Of a stretch of 64,000 nt of DNA, positions 36,425 through 51,229 are shown piece by piece; the first letter of the stretch is position 1, and every line of letters starts with the position of its first letter. A program made the position numbers and the translations under genes. Source of the stretch: Raja brachyura (Eukaryota); contig OY740804.1 of the NCBI GenBank assembly GCA_963514005.1, forward strand, positions 5,890,001 through 5,954,000, written 5' to 3'. The notes below the pieces were generated by a model. It searched no databases and had not been told where the DNA came from. It worked only from the letters and a program-made list of their open reading frames with translations.

Positions 36425-37095
36425 AGTTGCGAAACACTTTTAACTCTCCCCTCCCATTCCCACACTGGCCTTGTGTGCAGGAAGGAACTGCAGACGCTGG
36501 TTTAAACTGAAGATAGACACGAAAAGTTGGAGTAACTCAGCGGATCAGTCAGCATCTCTGGAGAGAAGGATCAGGTTCTTCTCGACCCGAAACGTCACCC
36601 ATTCCTTTTCTCCAGAGATGCTGCCTGACCCGCGGAGTTATTTCAGCTTTTTGTATCCACCCTCATTGACCTTTCTGTCCTGGGCCTCCTCCTCTGTCAA
36701 AGTGAGGCCCAGCGCAAATTGGAGGAACAGCACCTCTTATTTTGCTTGGGCAGCTTACACCCCAGCGGTATGAATATTGATTCCTCTAACTTCAAGTAAC
36801 CCTCGCTTTCCCTCTCTCCATCATAGACCCCCCCCCCTCCCCCCATCCTAGTTCTCTGACCAGTCTGACTGTCCCCTTGATTAAATTTTATCTCTATGCT
36901 TTGGTGTTAATTCTTGCTAGCATGATCCATTCTGCATTTTCCTTGTTTTTTTCATCCCCTTTTGATGTCTAGTTTTGACACCTTGCACTTCCTTTTCTCT
37001 GTCTCCCCCTCCCCTGACTCTGAAGAAGGATCTCAATCCGAAATGTCACTCATTCCTTCGATCCAGAGATACTGCCTGTCCTGCTGTTACTCCAG
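36425..37095 (+). mobile_element. Penelope-like 3' fragment with nested short element
   Basis: RKLEEQHL-type coding remnant and pLTR. Confidence 0.8.
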
Positions 37096-37289
37096 TCATG
37101 AATTTCATGCTTAAGAAGGAACTGCAGATGCTGGAAAATCGAAGGTGGACAAAAATGCTGGAGAAACTCAGCGGGTGAGGCAGCATCTATGGAGCGAAGG
37201 AAATAGGCCAGTTTTCAGGTCGAGATGCTTCCTCGGGTCTCCTCAGGACCTTCCTCACCCGCTGAGTTTCTCCAGCATTTTTGTCTACC

Positions 37290-39210
37290 TTTATTTTTAT
37301 TGATATGTTTTTGTTCGTCTTTTATTATTTTTATTTTAATCTTAAATTGAACGTATTTAAAATACCAAAGAGTAAAAGAAGATTCAACGAAATGATCCTC
37401 CCCGACTGACGGCCACAGTTAAAACGTTAGTAAGTCATGCGGGCTATTTTAACACGTGTTGTGCTCATGATTTAGTTCTAATGCGACTATAGAGTCTACA
37501 TTAACCTCGCTGCCTGACTGGCGCCACCACTGCCTGAAGCTGGTTGACAAGAGGGAAAATGTTGGGGAGAATCCACTGGCCATCCAGTCTTCAGGTGCGA
37601 AAGGTTGCATTGCAGAAATTAAAAGATGAAAAGCAAAGGCAGTTATTTCAAGCAGCGGTAAGACCCGGCAATAATGCTACTGAAGCGACTTATAAAGTAA
37701 CTTATATATTCGGGGGGGGGGGGGGGAAAGGAAAGCCATTTAGCGATGTAGAAATCGTAAAATAATGCATTGTCGAAATTGTAGGATGCTTAGACCCAGA
37801 TTTCGAAGTGCAAACAACTGCCTCTTTCAAAGAGAACTATAACTGATCGGCAGCATGAATCAGCCCTCAACTTAACAGAACGTTTTTCCAAAAGGAAAAT
37901 ATATTATTCAATCGCTTTGGATGAATCAACTGATACTACTGACTCGGTGCAGGTTTTATACTTTATTTGGGCCATAACAGAAGATTTTCTTTGCTACGAA
38001 GAGTTACTTGCTTTGGGCACTCTTACGGGTAGAACACGAGGAATAGATTTCTTCAACAACTTTCAAGATAAATGGCGTGAAGTTGGACTGGATATAGTTA
38101 ATTTAGTGAGTGTATGTACAGACAGTGCACCTTCCATGACAGGAAAACGTGAAGGGTTTATTGCGCAGATAAAGGTATTATCGGATACAGATGCTCATTT
38201 AATTTCATTGTATCTTACATTGGCAAAATCTCTGTGCTAAATCTACTATTTTAAGTGACACTTTGCAACAAGTTATAAGTATTGTTAACTATATTCGTGT
38301 AAATGCAATACGGCATCATCAATTTCGTAATGTGCTAAAGTTGGACGATGAGGCATTCAGTGTGGATTTGCTGTATCCATGTTGAAATTGTTGAAACAGG
38401 GACAGGTGTTAGCAAAATTTTTATATTTGCGGGAACAGATAGTTACATTTCTTGAAGAACAGAATCAGCAATGTGAATTATTGAAAGAAGATTTTTATAG
38501 AAATACTGCTTTTCTGTGTGATATCATGTCAAAGCAAAATGATTTGAATGTTTCTTTGCAAGGGAAAACTAAGTTTATATTTGATATGTGGCAAAAAATC
38601 CAAGCATTTCGAAAACTATATTTTTTCAAAACTCGTCTTCAAAATGAAATTTCGGAAGAACATTTTCCCCAGTTAGCGAAGGTCATTGATAAGCAGGAGG
38701 ATTCATGCGCATAATTGACGAATACGCAGCTGTTATAGACTTATTAATTAAAGAATACAATGAAAGGTTCACCGGCTTTTAGAATCATGACATCACACTC
38801 AAATTAGCATTTCAACCTCACCTAGTTGATGTCTCCAAGGCTCCTAAAGAACTACAGATGGAATTGATTGAGCTCAGTAGATGAAAATTTAAGGTCCTTA
38901 TTTGACGCTAAGAAAGATCCGTTTCAAATATGGAGAAATGCAACAGAATACCCACGTCTTCGGCAACATGCACGATAAATGCTTTCTTGCTTTTCAACCA
39001 CTTATTGCTGCGAATCTACATTCTCCTAACTAACCCAAATTAAGATGCCCTTAAGGTCACAAATGACAGATACCCATCTAGAAGATCGGTTAGATTTTTA
39101 CTAAATAATGTACATTTTTAAGTATACCTAATTGAACTTTCTTGGATGCGGTATTATTAGATTACAGCTAACAATGCGGCATTCCAACATGAACAGGTTC
39201 CCCACCCCTG
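37290..39210 (+). mobile_element. hAT (Charlie/GTF2IRD2-like) transposase relic
   Basis: DESTD, EELL, CTDSAPSM, LNVSLQG motifs; 3' TIR ggttccccacccctg at 39196-39210. Confidence 0.88.
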
Positions 39211-40599
39211 CATTAAGTCAGTGCTAGTAATTCTGGGGTAAAACTGTGAATAAAATCTTTCAGCTAGACCAGGTTGCACGAAGTAGTGTAGAAATGCACA
39301 GCTTGGAGCATTTAAAGTGGAAGTCCTGCGAGTATAGCAAGTTCAAGTAATTTATTGCAAAAATCTTTAAAATCATGAAACTGCTAACTTGGCATTTTTT
39401 CACTTGCATATTTGAGCCATTTGTAATATTTTTGTAAAGTGCAGTGGGTACATTAAAATAAGTGCATTTACTCATAGGCACATTTATGACCATTTATGAA
39501 CATCTCCAAAATATAAATTTGGATTCCGATGGCAATGGGATTATGGTGATTGATTGCATTCTGACCAAATGTGTATGTGAATGTCTGTTCGCTAGCGGTT
39601 CACGAATTAATCTTACTAGAGCATAGTTCAACATTGTTTTGCCAATGAAAGTGGTGGATCTGTGGAATTCTTTGCCACAGAAGGCTGTGGAGGCCAAGTC
39701 AGTGGATATTTTTAAGGTAGGGATAGATAGATTCTTGATTAGCACAGGTGTCAAAGGTTATGGGGAGCAGGCAGGAAAATGGGTTGGGAGGGAGAGATAG
39801 ATCAGCCATGATTGAAAGGCGGAGTAGACTTGATGGGCCGAAAGGCCTAATTCTACTTCTATTACTTATGACCTTATGAAAGTTGGCTGTGAATATTGAC
39901 CCTGGTATGGCAATTCTATTGTAAAATTGTATTTGGGAACAATATGTTGAAATAGCCATGCATTATTGTTTTGTCTTCCTAATTTGTGACAATTTGGTAG
40001 TTAATATGTGAGAACATTTAATGGGATTATATGCTCTGCCTGAACAAACAATTAATTATCTATACTCTTGGGTATTTATAGGTTGCTATGAATTTTGTCA
40101 TTGTATATTTTAATTAATCGGCTGAGCATTTATTTCTTCCACCATCTACATTTTGTTTTATGAAGTGGATCGTGCATGTGTGTGAGAGTAGCAGGAAAGA
40201 AGTGAATGGAATTCTGTGAATAAATGCTTATTATGAAATGAATGAAGCACTTACTTACTTAGACTTAGTTCCTCCCACACTGATGAGTGCATTTGGCAGC
40301 ATGTTTTTGCCTTTCTGATCAGTTATGTGCGACGTCTTTCACCCTCGATAGGCTTGCATCCCGGGCTTCCATATCCTTCTGGAATGTTCGCCTCCATGTT
40401 TTGGTCGGCCTCTTTTCCTTCTTCGGTCAGGTTGCTATGTTATTGTGATCTTAGGTGCAGGTTCTGGTGCCATTCTGAGTACATGTCCTGCAAATTTCAT
40501 CCTGTGTACCTCTGTCCTGGCTGAGAGGCTTTGTTGCAGTTGCAGAATGAAGTACAACGTGCTTTAATGTAAAGTATCCTATGGTATAGTACTCAGAAA

Positions 40600-41330
40600 A
40601 GGTATACATTCGTCAACCACTATCGATTTATTAGTGTCATATGTACAGAGATGCTGTGAAATTTACATGCTCCCTGGGTAAATCATACCATAGTCAAATC
40701 ATACAAAAGTACAACATGTAGTGCAAGGAGGAAATAGACAGAATACAAAATATAGTGTTACATCTACAAAGGAATTAAAATAAATTGCAAGGTCCGTAAT
40801 GGGCGAGATTGGCACTACACCCTGAGAGGTTTGTTCAATAGTCTAAAACAGTAGGGATCGGGGAAAGCTGCTCGTGAGTCTGGTGGTATGTGCTTTCAAG
40901 CTTTTTTTTAACTTCAGCTCAACGAAAGAGACGAGGGAATGACTGGGGTGTTTGTAGTCCTTGATTATGTTGGCTGCATTCAGGGGCAGCATGAGGTATA
41001 GATGGACTTGATTGGGGGGTAGCTGATTTGTGTGGCGGACTGGGCTGCAACCATCACTCTGCAATTTTCTGTGGGCTTTGTATGAGCAGTTGCCAAATGA
41101 AGTTGATGCATCCTGATAGGATGCGTTCTCTGGTGCATCTGTAAGAGTCATTGGAGTCATGCTGAACTTCTGTAGATAAATGCAAAATGCTTGAATAACT
41201 ACTGGGGTCAGGTAGTAGCATCTCTGGAGATCATGATTGGTGACATTTTGGGTTGGGACCTTTCCTCTTAATCTTCTGAGTAAGTACAGGCAGTGGTATG
41301 CCTCCTTGGCTGTAGTTTCAATGTGATTGG
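40600..41330 (-). mobile_element. Degenerate Rex1/L2-type LINE 3' end
   Basis: LYLLRRL, IIKDYKHPSH, TTRLTSSF motifs. Confidence 0.65.
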
Positions 41331-44300
41331 AGCAGGACCCATTGTTGAAGCGCTTGAGGGATGAATTGTTGCCAACAATACTACCTGACTTCACTTTGTT
41401 GTTCATTATAGCATGCAGGCCTCCATGTGGTTATCCTGGGACTCTTTAACGTGGTCTCAATTTTCTCTTGACATCCTTCATGGCTTTTTTTTAAAGATCA
41501 TACATGGATTCCTTGTCAGAAGTGTTCGACTTGGACTTCACCTTGCGGTTCTTCATTTTCTTTTCCCACTAAGGAACATGCATATCCTTGTCTTATGCAG
41601 TCTTCTATGCACGTACTGATGAAGACTGCGATGGCACTTGCATACTCATTTGATTCACTGCAGGCTCCTTGAATATGGACCAATCCACCGACTCAAAGTA
41701 TCTTATCTGTTTCCTTATGACATTTTGTACCGAATACATCAACGTCAGCATCAGCTGTAAGCAATGAGTAGAAACTCATCCTGTTTGTCAGATTTATCAA
41801 AACGCAGTGGGGGAAGGAACAGTGTGTATTGATGATTATGTAGCAGCGGTCGAGTAATTTCAAGCTCCTGTTGGCCCACTGCTTATCAATTTCCATCGGG
41901 AGGTTCCACCTTACCTCCAATAAAAAAACCGACAACTATAGGGCTTTTTGAATTTATTGTATGAGCATTTTATTGAATTATACAGGTCTGATTCTATGCC
42001 CCAATATTTGAAATGGCTGTGGGAAATTAATAATTGAGTTGTCTGAGATGTGCTTTCTGCAAGAAAATAGCTCGAAGCCGTAACTTCAGAAATTGAAATG
42101 CGAAATATAAAGCAATAGGCTTGAATGAGTGCTCTGAAAAAATTGTTGGCTAGTATATTTTAGGTGCTAAATTCATATTCTGATACTTCTGTTGAAGTAT
42201 CCTTGCCAAATCAGTGAATTCTCATTAGTGCAGAGAAAATAAATGTATTGTAAAAGTTATGACTGTATTGATCATTTGCTTTCATTACAATGAAATAGTT
42301 TGCAAATGATACATAGCTTACCTGTAATTCCACATTAAATGTCCAAGAAGAAAGATGGTTTATTTGTAAAATAACAATTTCAATATGCTTCCTGTCTTTG
42401 GCTTATGGCTGTTTTAGGTTGCATTTGTGGTTCCATTTGCTTTAGTGCGTCATTTTGAGATCGTACTTCCCTTTTGTAAACAGTAACGAGACCAATGGTC
42501 ACATGATCTAGTTTGTAAGATAGAAAATGAACTAACTGCGTAATACAAAATGGGAATTGTACTTTTTTTCCTCACCACCACTTCACCTCCCCCTGATCTC
42601 TTTCTGGGAAGTCGGCCATAAATGTCTTCTATTTAATCAGTCACACATGAGAGGGATACAGTAGGAAGGGAATTGTAGAAGTTATTTTGGAACTTTGCAC
42701 GTCTAATTTTCACATAAAGATTGCCCGAATATATGACTCATCTTTGGTGTTCACTTCCTCTCTACTGAGACCAGTATGCACTCTTCCTCTTCCATACTGG
42801 CAGGCTAATTTGCTGATCCCTTTGTGGTTTGGACTTGAAGCATCAAGACAGTTCAGTTTGGATGGACCTGAGGGAAAAAAACTCTTTCCAGAAGGTAATT
42901 TCTATTAGATGAAGGATATGTGATTTTGCAAATAAAACTATTTGCAACAAGTTTCCCCCACCTTTTGTTATCTGGCTATCTGATTGAAATAAAAACAGAA
43001 AATGCAGTCAATATTCAGCAGGTTTGGAAGCAAGTGTGGAGAGACGAGCAGAATTGACCAACGAAAAGGCATTGACCTGCAATATGAACTCTGCTTCTAG
43101 TCAAGTGTTGTTTGACCTGCGTATTTCCAGCATATGTAGTCTCAGGTTTTTGCTTTTCAATATGTAGTTATTGACTTTGCTTGCTGCTTGGAGATTTGAA
43201 TACTAGGCGGTCACATTTATATTACACCAGTTGTTTGTATGGATGCAGTCTGTCCTGTAGTATCTGTTTCTATTGTACAAAATAATATGGTGGTACAATG
43301 TAAGTGTCCAATAACTCAGTAGAATGTCCAACCATTGTGAATTTTATAACAGAGGTGAAATGGACAATTTCTCTTACATTGGAGTTCTGGAGCTGATTGT
43401 TAAGCTTGCCTTTTTTTTTACAATGGTGTCATTTGAATATTGTGTCTGAGGGAGCATATTGTGATATCTCCATATTTCCAGATGGAAACGGATTTGATAA
43501 AAGAAGAGTCTTTGCTATTACCTATGAAATTAGTTATTGATTTGTGACATTTCCAACAAAGATAATATTGTGGTACAGTAGGAAGCTCAAAGAAACATAA
43601 TGCAATCATACCTACACTGGTAGGAATGTCGAGGTTTGCAAATTAAAATGTTTTCTAAAGCTGAGGGAGTTGAATTTCAAGCTGCCTAAATAATATAGCA
43701 CTAATGTGTATATCACAGCCTCTTTAACATGTCAGAGTACTAATCACATTGCCATGTGCAAACATTGATGCAAGTCTATCCCCTGTACTTAGAGAGCTAA
43801 TGTCTTAACAACATGCATCCCATCATTAAGGAGCAATGACTCATTATTTATTCACAAATTTGGAAATATAGTTAGATTTGTTAATTACAGTACGGAATTA
43901 CAGACATGTTCTATAATTAATTCATTTGGGATGCTGTACAAGTTTTAATAACATGGCTGTCTGTAAAAACTCACTTTCAATTGCAAAAGCACATATTTTT
44001 CCTCTAAACAAGTTTTGTTCAAGGTTGCATCTGTACAGATGCCATGCTTGGAAAGGACTTTAAAGCTGCAACTGCCGTCTTACAAAAATAAATAATGCCA
44101 ACAATTTGTCAGCTTATGTTAGTTATAATTACCACTGTCCTATCACGGATAAAACATTGAAATCTTTTATTATTTTTTTAATTTGCTTCAACTGGAACAG
44201 ATGATTGACTAGCTGAACCTCAATGAGTGCTCTGTGTAGCACATTTTTGTTTTGTATTTGATGTATTTGTTATTGTGATAGACATGCTTTTCACATAGTT

Positions 44301-45088
44301 CTTCTGCGTTAAGATAGGAGTCACCAAGCTCTTACAGTTTTTGGCACAAAGATTCCGTCACATGTTTAAAAAGAACATTTCTTTCATTAATTGGAATGCT
44401 GCAGGTGGTGGAATTTTTTTCAGGAATATCAGTGAAAAGAGGAGCAGAGTTAGTAATTTTGTAAGTTTGCATTCATTTTGAATGAATTCTGTGGTGAGAT
44501 GGAATAGAAAGAATACTGATCCAGTGGTGAGCTGGAATAGATTGAAATTCAATTGAAGGTGTTATGGGGCTCCAGTGTTTGGAATTAACCCTTTTTAAAT
44601 GGAGTGCAAGATGGAAAGGAAATCCTGAAATATTTATTTACTTAAATAACAAACCATTCTTCTAGGGTCCATGTAATGTGAAAGTAAAAACAATTGCACT
44701 CACTGGGCCTTTGCACATGTGAATATTTCTGGAAACTTTTGTTTAAAACATTTCAAGCTCCTGATAAACACAATATATTTTCTCCATTCAAAGCACCTTT
44801 TCTTGGACATTTAGCACAATTTAAAAGGTATTTGTGAATAACATTATCAATAGTGTGATCTTTAAAAAAAAAGTTAGTGTATTGTTGAAGTAGAAATGTC
44901 TGTTTTCAAGAGTTTTCAAAGAAACACCTCGCGAGAAATCAGAAGCAGAATAGCTTGTGTGGTTGGTTTGTGTTTTGTCTTAAGTCAACAAGGGTTGAAG
45001 AATATGTAATGTTTTCAGTTGAAAAGATAGTTTGCAAAGCAACTGAAAACTAGATTGACCACCTGTGAAAGGAAGGGTGGGTGGTGAG

Positions 45089-45272
45089 TGACAAGAGGGA
45101 AAGACCAAGAGATAAACAACTATATTAAGATACAGCATTCAGTGCTCCTATTCAAGTGCAATAGCTTGCAACATCTTTCATGACAAGAGGGAAAGACCAA
45201 GAGATAAACAACTATATTAAGATACAGCATTCAGTGCTCCTATTCAAGTGCAATAGCTTGCAACATCTTTCA
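45089..45272. repeat. Perfect 92-bp tandem duplication
   Basis: 45089-45180 is identical to 45181-45272. Confidence 0.95.
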
Positions 45273-45324
45273 TCGCACCATTTGGCAATTTCAAGTAATG
45301 TATTATTGTAGGTGTTTTAATTCA

Positions 45325-45820
45325 GGTAAGTGTGTGGTGTTGCATTTTGGGAAGTCAAAACATGGCAGGGCCTTCACAGTGAACGGCAGGGCCCTTGGAA
45401 GTGTTGTAGAGCAGCGGGAAGTATAAGTGCGTGGTTATCTGAAAGTTATGTTGTAACTAGATAGGGCGGTGAAGGAGGGTTTTTGGCATGTTGGCCTCCG
45501 ACGCGGAATTGAGTATAGAAGTTGGAACGTTATATTACAGTTGTACAAGATGCTGGTGAGGTTGCACGCATGGTGTGTTCTCCTTTGGGTCACTCTGTTT
45601 AATAAAGGATGCCACTTCCTTGGAAAGTGCAGAGAAAGGTTTCAGAAAATGTTGCCAGGACTCAAGGTCCTGAGCTACATCCAAGGGTTGAGCAGGCTAG
45701 GACTTTATTCCTTGGAGTGCAGGAGGCTGTGGGGTAATATTATAGAAGTGTATATATAATCATGAGGGATTAGATGGTGTCAATGCATAGTCTTTTTCCA
45801 AGGGTAGGGCAATGAAGAAC
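45325..45820 (+). mobile_element. Older CR1 3' fragment, split by the next element (resumes ~48870-49070)
   Basis: LQLYKMLVR, LGLYSLE. Confidence 0.75.
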
Positions 45821-45821
45821 T

Positions 45822-48800
45822 GAAGAGATACAGAGGAGTGTAAAATGAGGGGATAAGCACTAGGTAGCAAGGTGAAACGTAAAAGTGGCAGGCAGACAAA
45901 TCCAGGGCAAAAATTAAAAAGGGCTACTTTTCAACATAATTGTATAAGGGGTAAGAGTGTTGTAAAAACAAGCCTGAAGGCTTTGTGTCTCAATGCAAGG
46001 AGCATTCGTAATAAGGTGGATGAGTTGAATGTACAGATAACGATTAATGATTATGCTATAGTTGGGATCACGGAGACATGGCTCCAGGGTGACCAGGGCT
46101 GGGAGCTGAACATCCAGGGATATTCAATATTCAGGAGGGATAGACAGGGAGGAAAAGGAGGTGGGGTAGTGTTGCTTGTTAGAGAGGAGATTAACGCAAT
46201 AGAAAGGAAGGACATTAGCTTGGAGGATGTGGAATCGATATGGGTAGAGCTGCGAAACACTAAAGGGGCAGAAAACGCTAGTGGGAGTTGTGTACAGGCC
46301 ACCTAACGGTAGTAGGGGAGTTGGGGATGGCATCAAACATTAAATTAGAAATGCGTGCAACAAAGGTAAAACACTTATAATGGGTGACTTTATAGTCTAG
46401 TTATAGATTGGGTGAATCAAATTGGCAGGAATGCTGGGGAAGAGGATTTCTTGGAATGTATGCGGGATAGTTTTCTAAACCAACATGTAGAGGAACCAAC
46501 AAGAGAGCAGGCTATTCTAGACTGGGTATTGAGTAATGAGGAAGGGTTAGTTAGCAGTCTTGTTGTGCGTGACCCCTTGGGCAAGAGTGACCATAATATG
46601 ATTGAGTTCTTCATTAGGATGGAGAGTGACATTGTTAATTCAGAGACAAGGGTTCTGAATTTAAAGAAAGGTAACTTTGAGGGTATGAGACGTGAATTGG
46701 CCAAGATAGACTGGCAATTGATTCTTAAAGGGTTGACGGTGGATATGCAATGGAAGGCATTTAAAGATTGCATGGATGAACTACATTGTTCATCCCAGTT
46801 TGGCAAAAGAATAAATCGGGGAAGGTAGTGCATCCGTGGATAACAAGGGAAATCAGGGATAATGTCAAAACAAAAGATGAAGCATACAAATTAGCCAGAA
46901 AAAACAGCCAACCAGAGGACTGGGAGAAATTCAGAGTCCAGCAGAGGAGGACAAAGGGCTTAATTAGGAAAGGTAAAATATATTATGAAAGGAAACTGGC
47001 AGGGAACATAAAAACTGAATGCAAAAGTTTTTATAGATATGTGAAGAGAAAAAGATTAGTTAAAACAAATGTAGGTCCCTTGCAGTCAGAAACAGGTGAA
47101 TTGATCATGGGGAACAAGGACATGGCAGACCAATTGAATAACTATTTTGGTTCTGTCTTAACTAAGGAAGACATAAATAATCTGCCGGAAATAGCAGGGG
47201 ACCGGGGGTCAAATGAGATGGAGGAACTGAGTGAAATCCAGGTTAGCCGGGAAGTAGTGTTAGGTAAACTGAATGGATTAAAGGCCGATAAATTCCCAGG
47301 GCCAGATAGGCGCATCCCAGAGTACTTAAGGAAGTAGCCCCAGAAATAGTGGATGCATTAATGATAATTTTACAAAACTCTTTAGATTCTGGAGTAGTTC
47401 CTGAGGATTGGAGGGTAGCTAATGTAACCCCACTTTTTAAAAAGGGAGGGAGAGAGAAAACTGGGAATTACAGACCAGTTAGTCTAACATCGGTAGTGGG
47501 GAAAATGCTAGTCAGTTATTAAAGATGGGATAGCACATTTGGAAAGTGGTGAAATCATTGGACAAAGTCAGCATGGATTTATAAAAGGTAAATCATGTCT
47601 GACGAATCTTATAGAATTTTTGGAGGATGTAACTAGTAGAGTGGATAAAGGAGAACCAGTGAATGTATTATATCTGGACTTTCAGAAGGTTTTCGACAAG
47701 GTCCCACATAAGAGATTAGTAGGCAAACCTAAAGCACACGGTATTGGGGGTTCAGTATTGATGTGGATAGAGAACTGGCGGGCAGACGGGAAGCAAAGAG
47801 TAGGAGTAAATGGGTCCTTTTCAGAATGGCAGGCAGTGATTAGTGGGGTACCGCAAGGCTCAGTGCTGGGACCGCAGCTATTTACAATATATATTAATGA
47901 TCTGGATGAGGGAATTGAATGCAACATCTCCAAGTTTGCGGATGACACGAAGCTGGGGGACAGTGTTAGCTGTGAGGAGGATGCTAGGAGGCTGCAAGGT
48001 GACTTGGATAGGTTGGGTGAGTGGGCAAATGCATGGCCGATGCAGTATAATGTGGATAAATGTGAGGTTATCCACTTTGGTGGCAAAAACAGGAAAGTAG
48101 ACGGGTAAGTATTATCTGAATGGTGGCCGATTAGGAAAAGGGGAGATGCAACGAGACCTGGGTGTCATGGTACACCAGTCATTGAAAGTAGGCATGCAGG
48201 TGCAGCAGGCAGTGAAGAAAGCAAATGGTAAATTAGCATTCATAGCAAAAGGATTTGTGTATAAGAGCAGGAAGGTTCTACTGCAGTTGTACAGGGTCTT
48301 GGTGAGACCACACCTGGAGTATTGCGTACAGTTTTGATCTCCTAATCTGAGAAAAGACATTCTTGCCATAGAGGGAGTACAAAGAAGGTTCACCAGACTG
48401 ATTCATGGGATGGTAGGACTTTCATATGAAGAAAGACTGGATAGACTTGGCTTGTACTCGCTAGAATTTAGAAGATTGAGGGGGGATCTTATAGAAACTT
48501 ACAACATTCTTAAGGGGTTGGACAGGCTAGATGCAGGAAGATTGTTCCTGATGTTGGGGAAGTCTAGAACAAGGGGTCACAGTTTAAGGATAAGGGGGGA
48601 GTCTTTTTGGACTGAAATGAGAAAAACATTTTCACACATAGTGGTGAATCTGTGGAATTCTCTGTCACGGAAGGTAGTTGAGGCCAGTTCATTGGCTATA
48701 TTTAAGAGGGAGTTAGATGTGGCCTTTGTGGCTAAAGGGATCAGGGGGTATGGAGAGAAGGCAGGTACAGGATACTGAGTTGGATGATCAGCCATGATCA

Positions 48801-48869
48801 TATTGAATGGTGGTGCAGGCTCAAAGGGCCGAATGGCCTTCTCCTGCACTTATTTTCTATGTTTCTATG
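45822..48869 (+). mobile_element. CR1 LINE, near-complete ORF2 (APE plus RT), frameshifted
   Basis: NARSIRNK, GITETWL, SDHN, QHGF, GVPQGSVLGP, FADD; (tttctatg)n tail. Confidence 0.96.
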
Positions 48870-50504
48870 AAGGGCATAGATAAAAGGTGAGAGGGCAAAA
48901 GATGAAATAGGAGCCGGGGGGTCATTTTTTTCGCTGAGGTTGGTGGCTATAAAGATGCCAGTGGAATTAGCTAAGGCATGTACAATAGCAACATTTAAGA
49001 CATTTGGACTTTTGATACGTGAATGGTAGAGATTTAGAAGGATATGGGACAAATACAGGCAAATGGTTAGGGGGGAAATGGAAGAGGACTGGCCAGATTT
49101 TGTGCCTTCCACCACAGTGATGAATGCTGTGGTGGATGTTTGTGTTAAATGTTTATTGTGTATTGTGTGTCCTTTATCATTGTACCGCTGCTGGTAAATT
49201 CTTTTCACTTGCACTTTATGTGTAATGTGACAAATAAAATTGTATTGTATTATGGATGCTGTATCTTGGTCTGCATGACGAAGGGTTGGCATAGACTTAT
49301 TGGGCTGAAGGGCCTGTTTCTATACTATATCTTTCAATCAATAGGTCTGTGGAACAAATGCACCATATCTATTACATGTGCTCCTACCAATAAACAGTCC
49401 AGTTTTTGTGTATTCTAAAACTGTTCAGTGTGTTCTGATCAGATGTACATAATTTTCTAATTGCATTGGAACTTTTTTGCAGCTGTTTTTTAAGCTTTAT
49501 TGGAAGTCAATTGTTTGGGGAGGCTGTAAATGATAAATAGGAAATGCCCAACTTTCTCTCCCTACTTTCTACATTCTCTTATTATTAAACACCGTTATTA
49601 TACCTGTAATGTTGACGAAAGTTGTAACGGAAAATTATTAGAAATCAATTTGTGAACAGTGGTTTCCACGTGAAATTGGATCGTAGCGTGGAGAAATGTA
49701 ATTGTAGTGCAGAATAGCGGCCTCTTGTTAATCTTATTATCCACCACCCATTATTTTGAGGATTTTAAAAAAGCTTACAACAGACCATCTGAAATGTGAA
49801 AGTCTTGGTGTTGAATTCCAGACAGAGCTAATGTCATACTCTGAACTGCAACAAGGCTGTAATTTCTTATGTTAACATTTTTTTACTATTATCGTAATCC
49901 TCTACTTTCAATTCTAACATGCTTGCCATTTGTGGTTAGTCGTAGGTAAAATAAGCAGTAAGTAATATAACTTTGCTCACTCAATCAGACAGCAACTCCC
50001 AATTAAATACTTAAATCGGGAAGCTGCCTGAGGTGCCCTACACAGCCTTCACCCCGAAGAGTTTTCTGCCAAAGTTATCTTTTGAAACTCGCCATTAAAA
50101 TATGCTTTGTTTTTATTTTTCAAAACTGCATCTCTGGCATTTTTCTTGCATGCTGTAAAATCTGGTCACCAGAATTTGATAAAAAATAATTTATTCCTAG
50201 TTCACATCAGAGTCCATAATGTTCAATTGCTTGAATATTTAATTGTATTTGCTTTTAAAAATAATTTACCTATGTTTTTATGAACTTGAACTTGATTTTT
50301 GAACCCTGTCATTATGTATGACAATGGGTTCTTCAAAAATTGACAGATTGCAAATTGTTTGTAAAGTTTGATCCATCCCGATATGGATGGACATTTTTGC
50401 GTACATCTGTGGCTAAACTGAACATTCAGGCTTGATCGCAATCATGCAAAGATATGCAATTAAAAGTTGTGAAAGTTACTGGTTTTTTTCCTTCCGATTT
50501 GCAG

Positions 50505-50547
50505 GTGCTGGCGAATCCGGAAAAAGTACCATTGTGAAACAAATGAA
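50505..50547 (+). CDS. gnai3: gnai3 exon 2 (43 nt; GAGESGKSTIVKQMK, P-loop)
   Basis: ttgcag / gtgagt. Confidence 0.97.
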
Positions 50548-51229
50548 GTGAGTATGAATCCTTTATTTGATATTGATCTTGATTTCAAGTTTGGCTTAGT
50601 TTAGATATACAGCCTGGGAAAGGGCCCTTCGGCCCATTGCTGACCATTGATCACCTATTCATACTAATTTTATGTTATCTCACTACTTCATCTACTCCCT
50701 GCACATTAAGTGTAGGGAGTGAATGGCTCCCTATAGTCAAGTGTTAACTATAGCAAAGTCATTTAAAAAAAATAAAGCCCTCAATAAAATATAGATTGCT
50801 TTGTTCAAATTGTTATTTTAATAAAGCTTGTGAACACATCTCCTGTTTGACCATTTCTAACTTGTATTTTCTTGCCTTATCATTTGATTCAAAGAGTAAT
50901 ATAGTTGAAGGTTGTGATTAGATTCAGGGATTTTGCATTCTTAATCTAAGATTCCTCACATATCTTCATGTAAAATGCGTTTTCATATTGCAAATTGGAT
51001 ATAATGCAGTTGAGTTTGCAAACGCTTTTTGTGTTGCACAGGTTTGGTTATAATTTCTATGGGGAAAAAGAGAATCACATATACATCTCATTGAGAATTG
51101 ACAAGCAGAAAAGAAAGCTGTCTTGGAAAATAACTTCCTATCTCTTTTTAGCTTGCAAAGCTAAACTTGCAAGTCATTAAAAATACTTATTTTTGAAAAT
51201 CCTGAGAGCCTAGAAATGTTGTTATTGCA

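Noticed and set aside
35610-36465. Overlapping 170-199-aa ORFs at the gnai3 promoter
   Set aside because: Stop-poor GC-rich CpG island; only 36088-36205 has protein homology.
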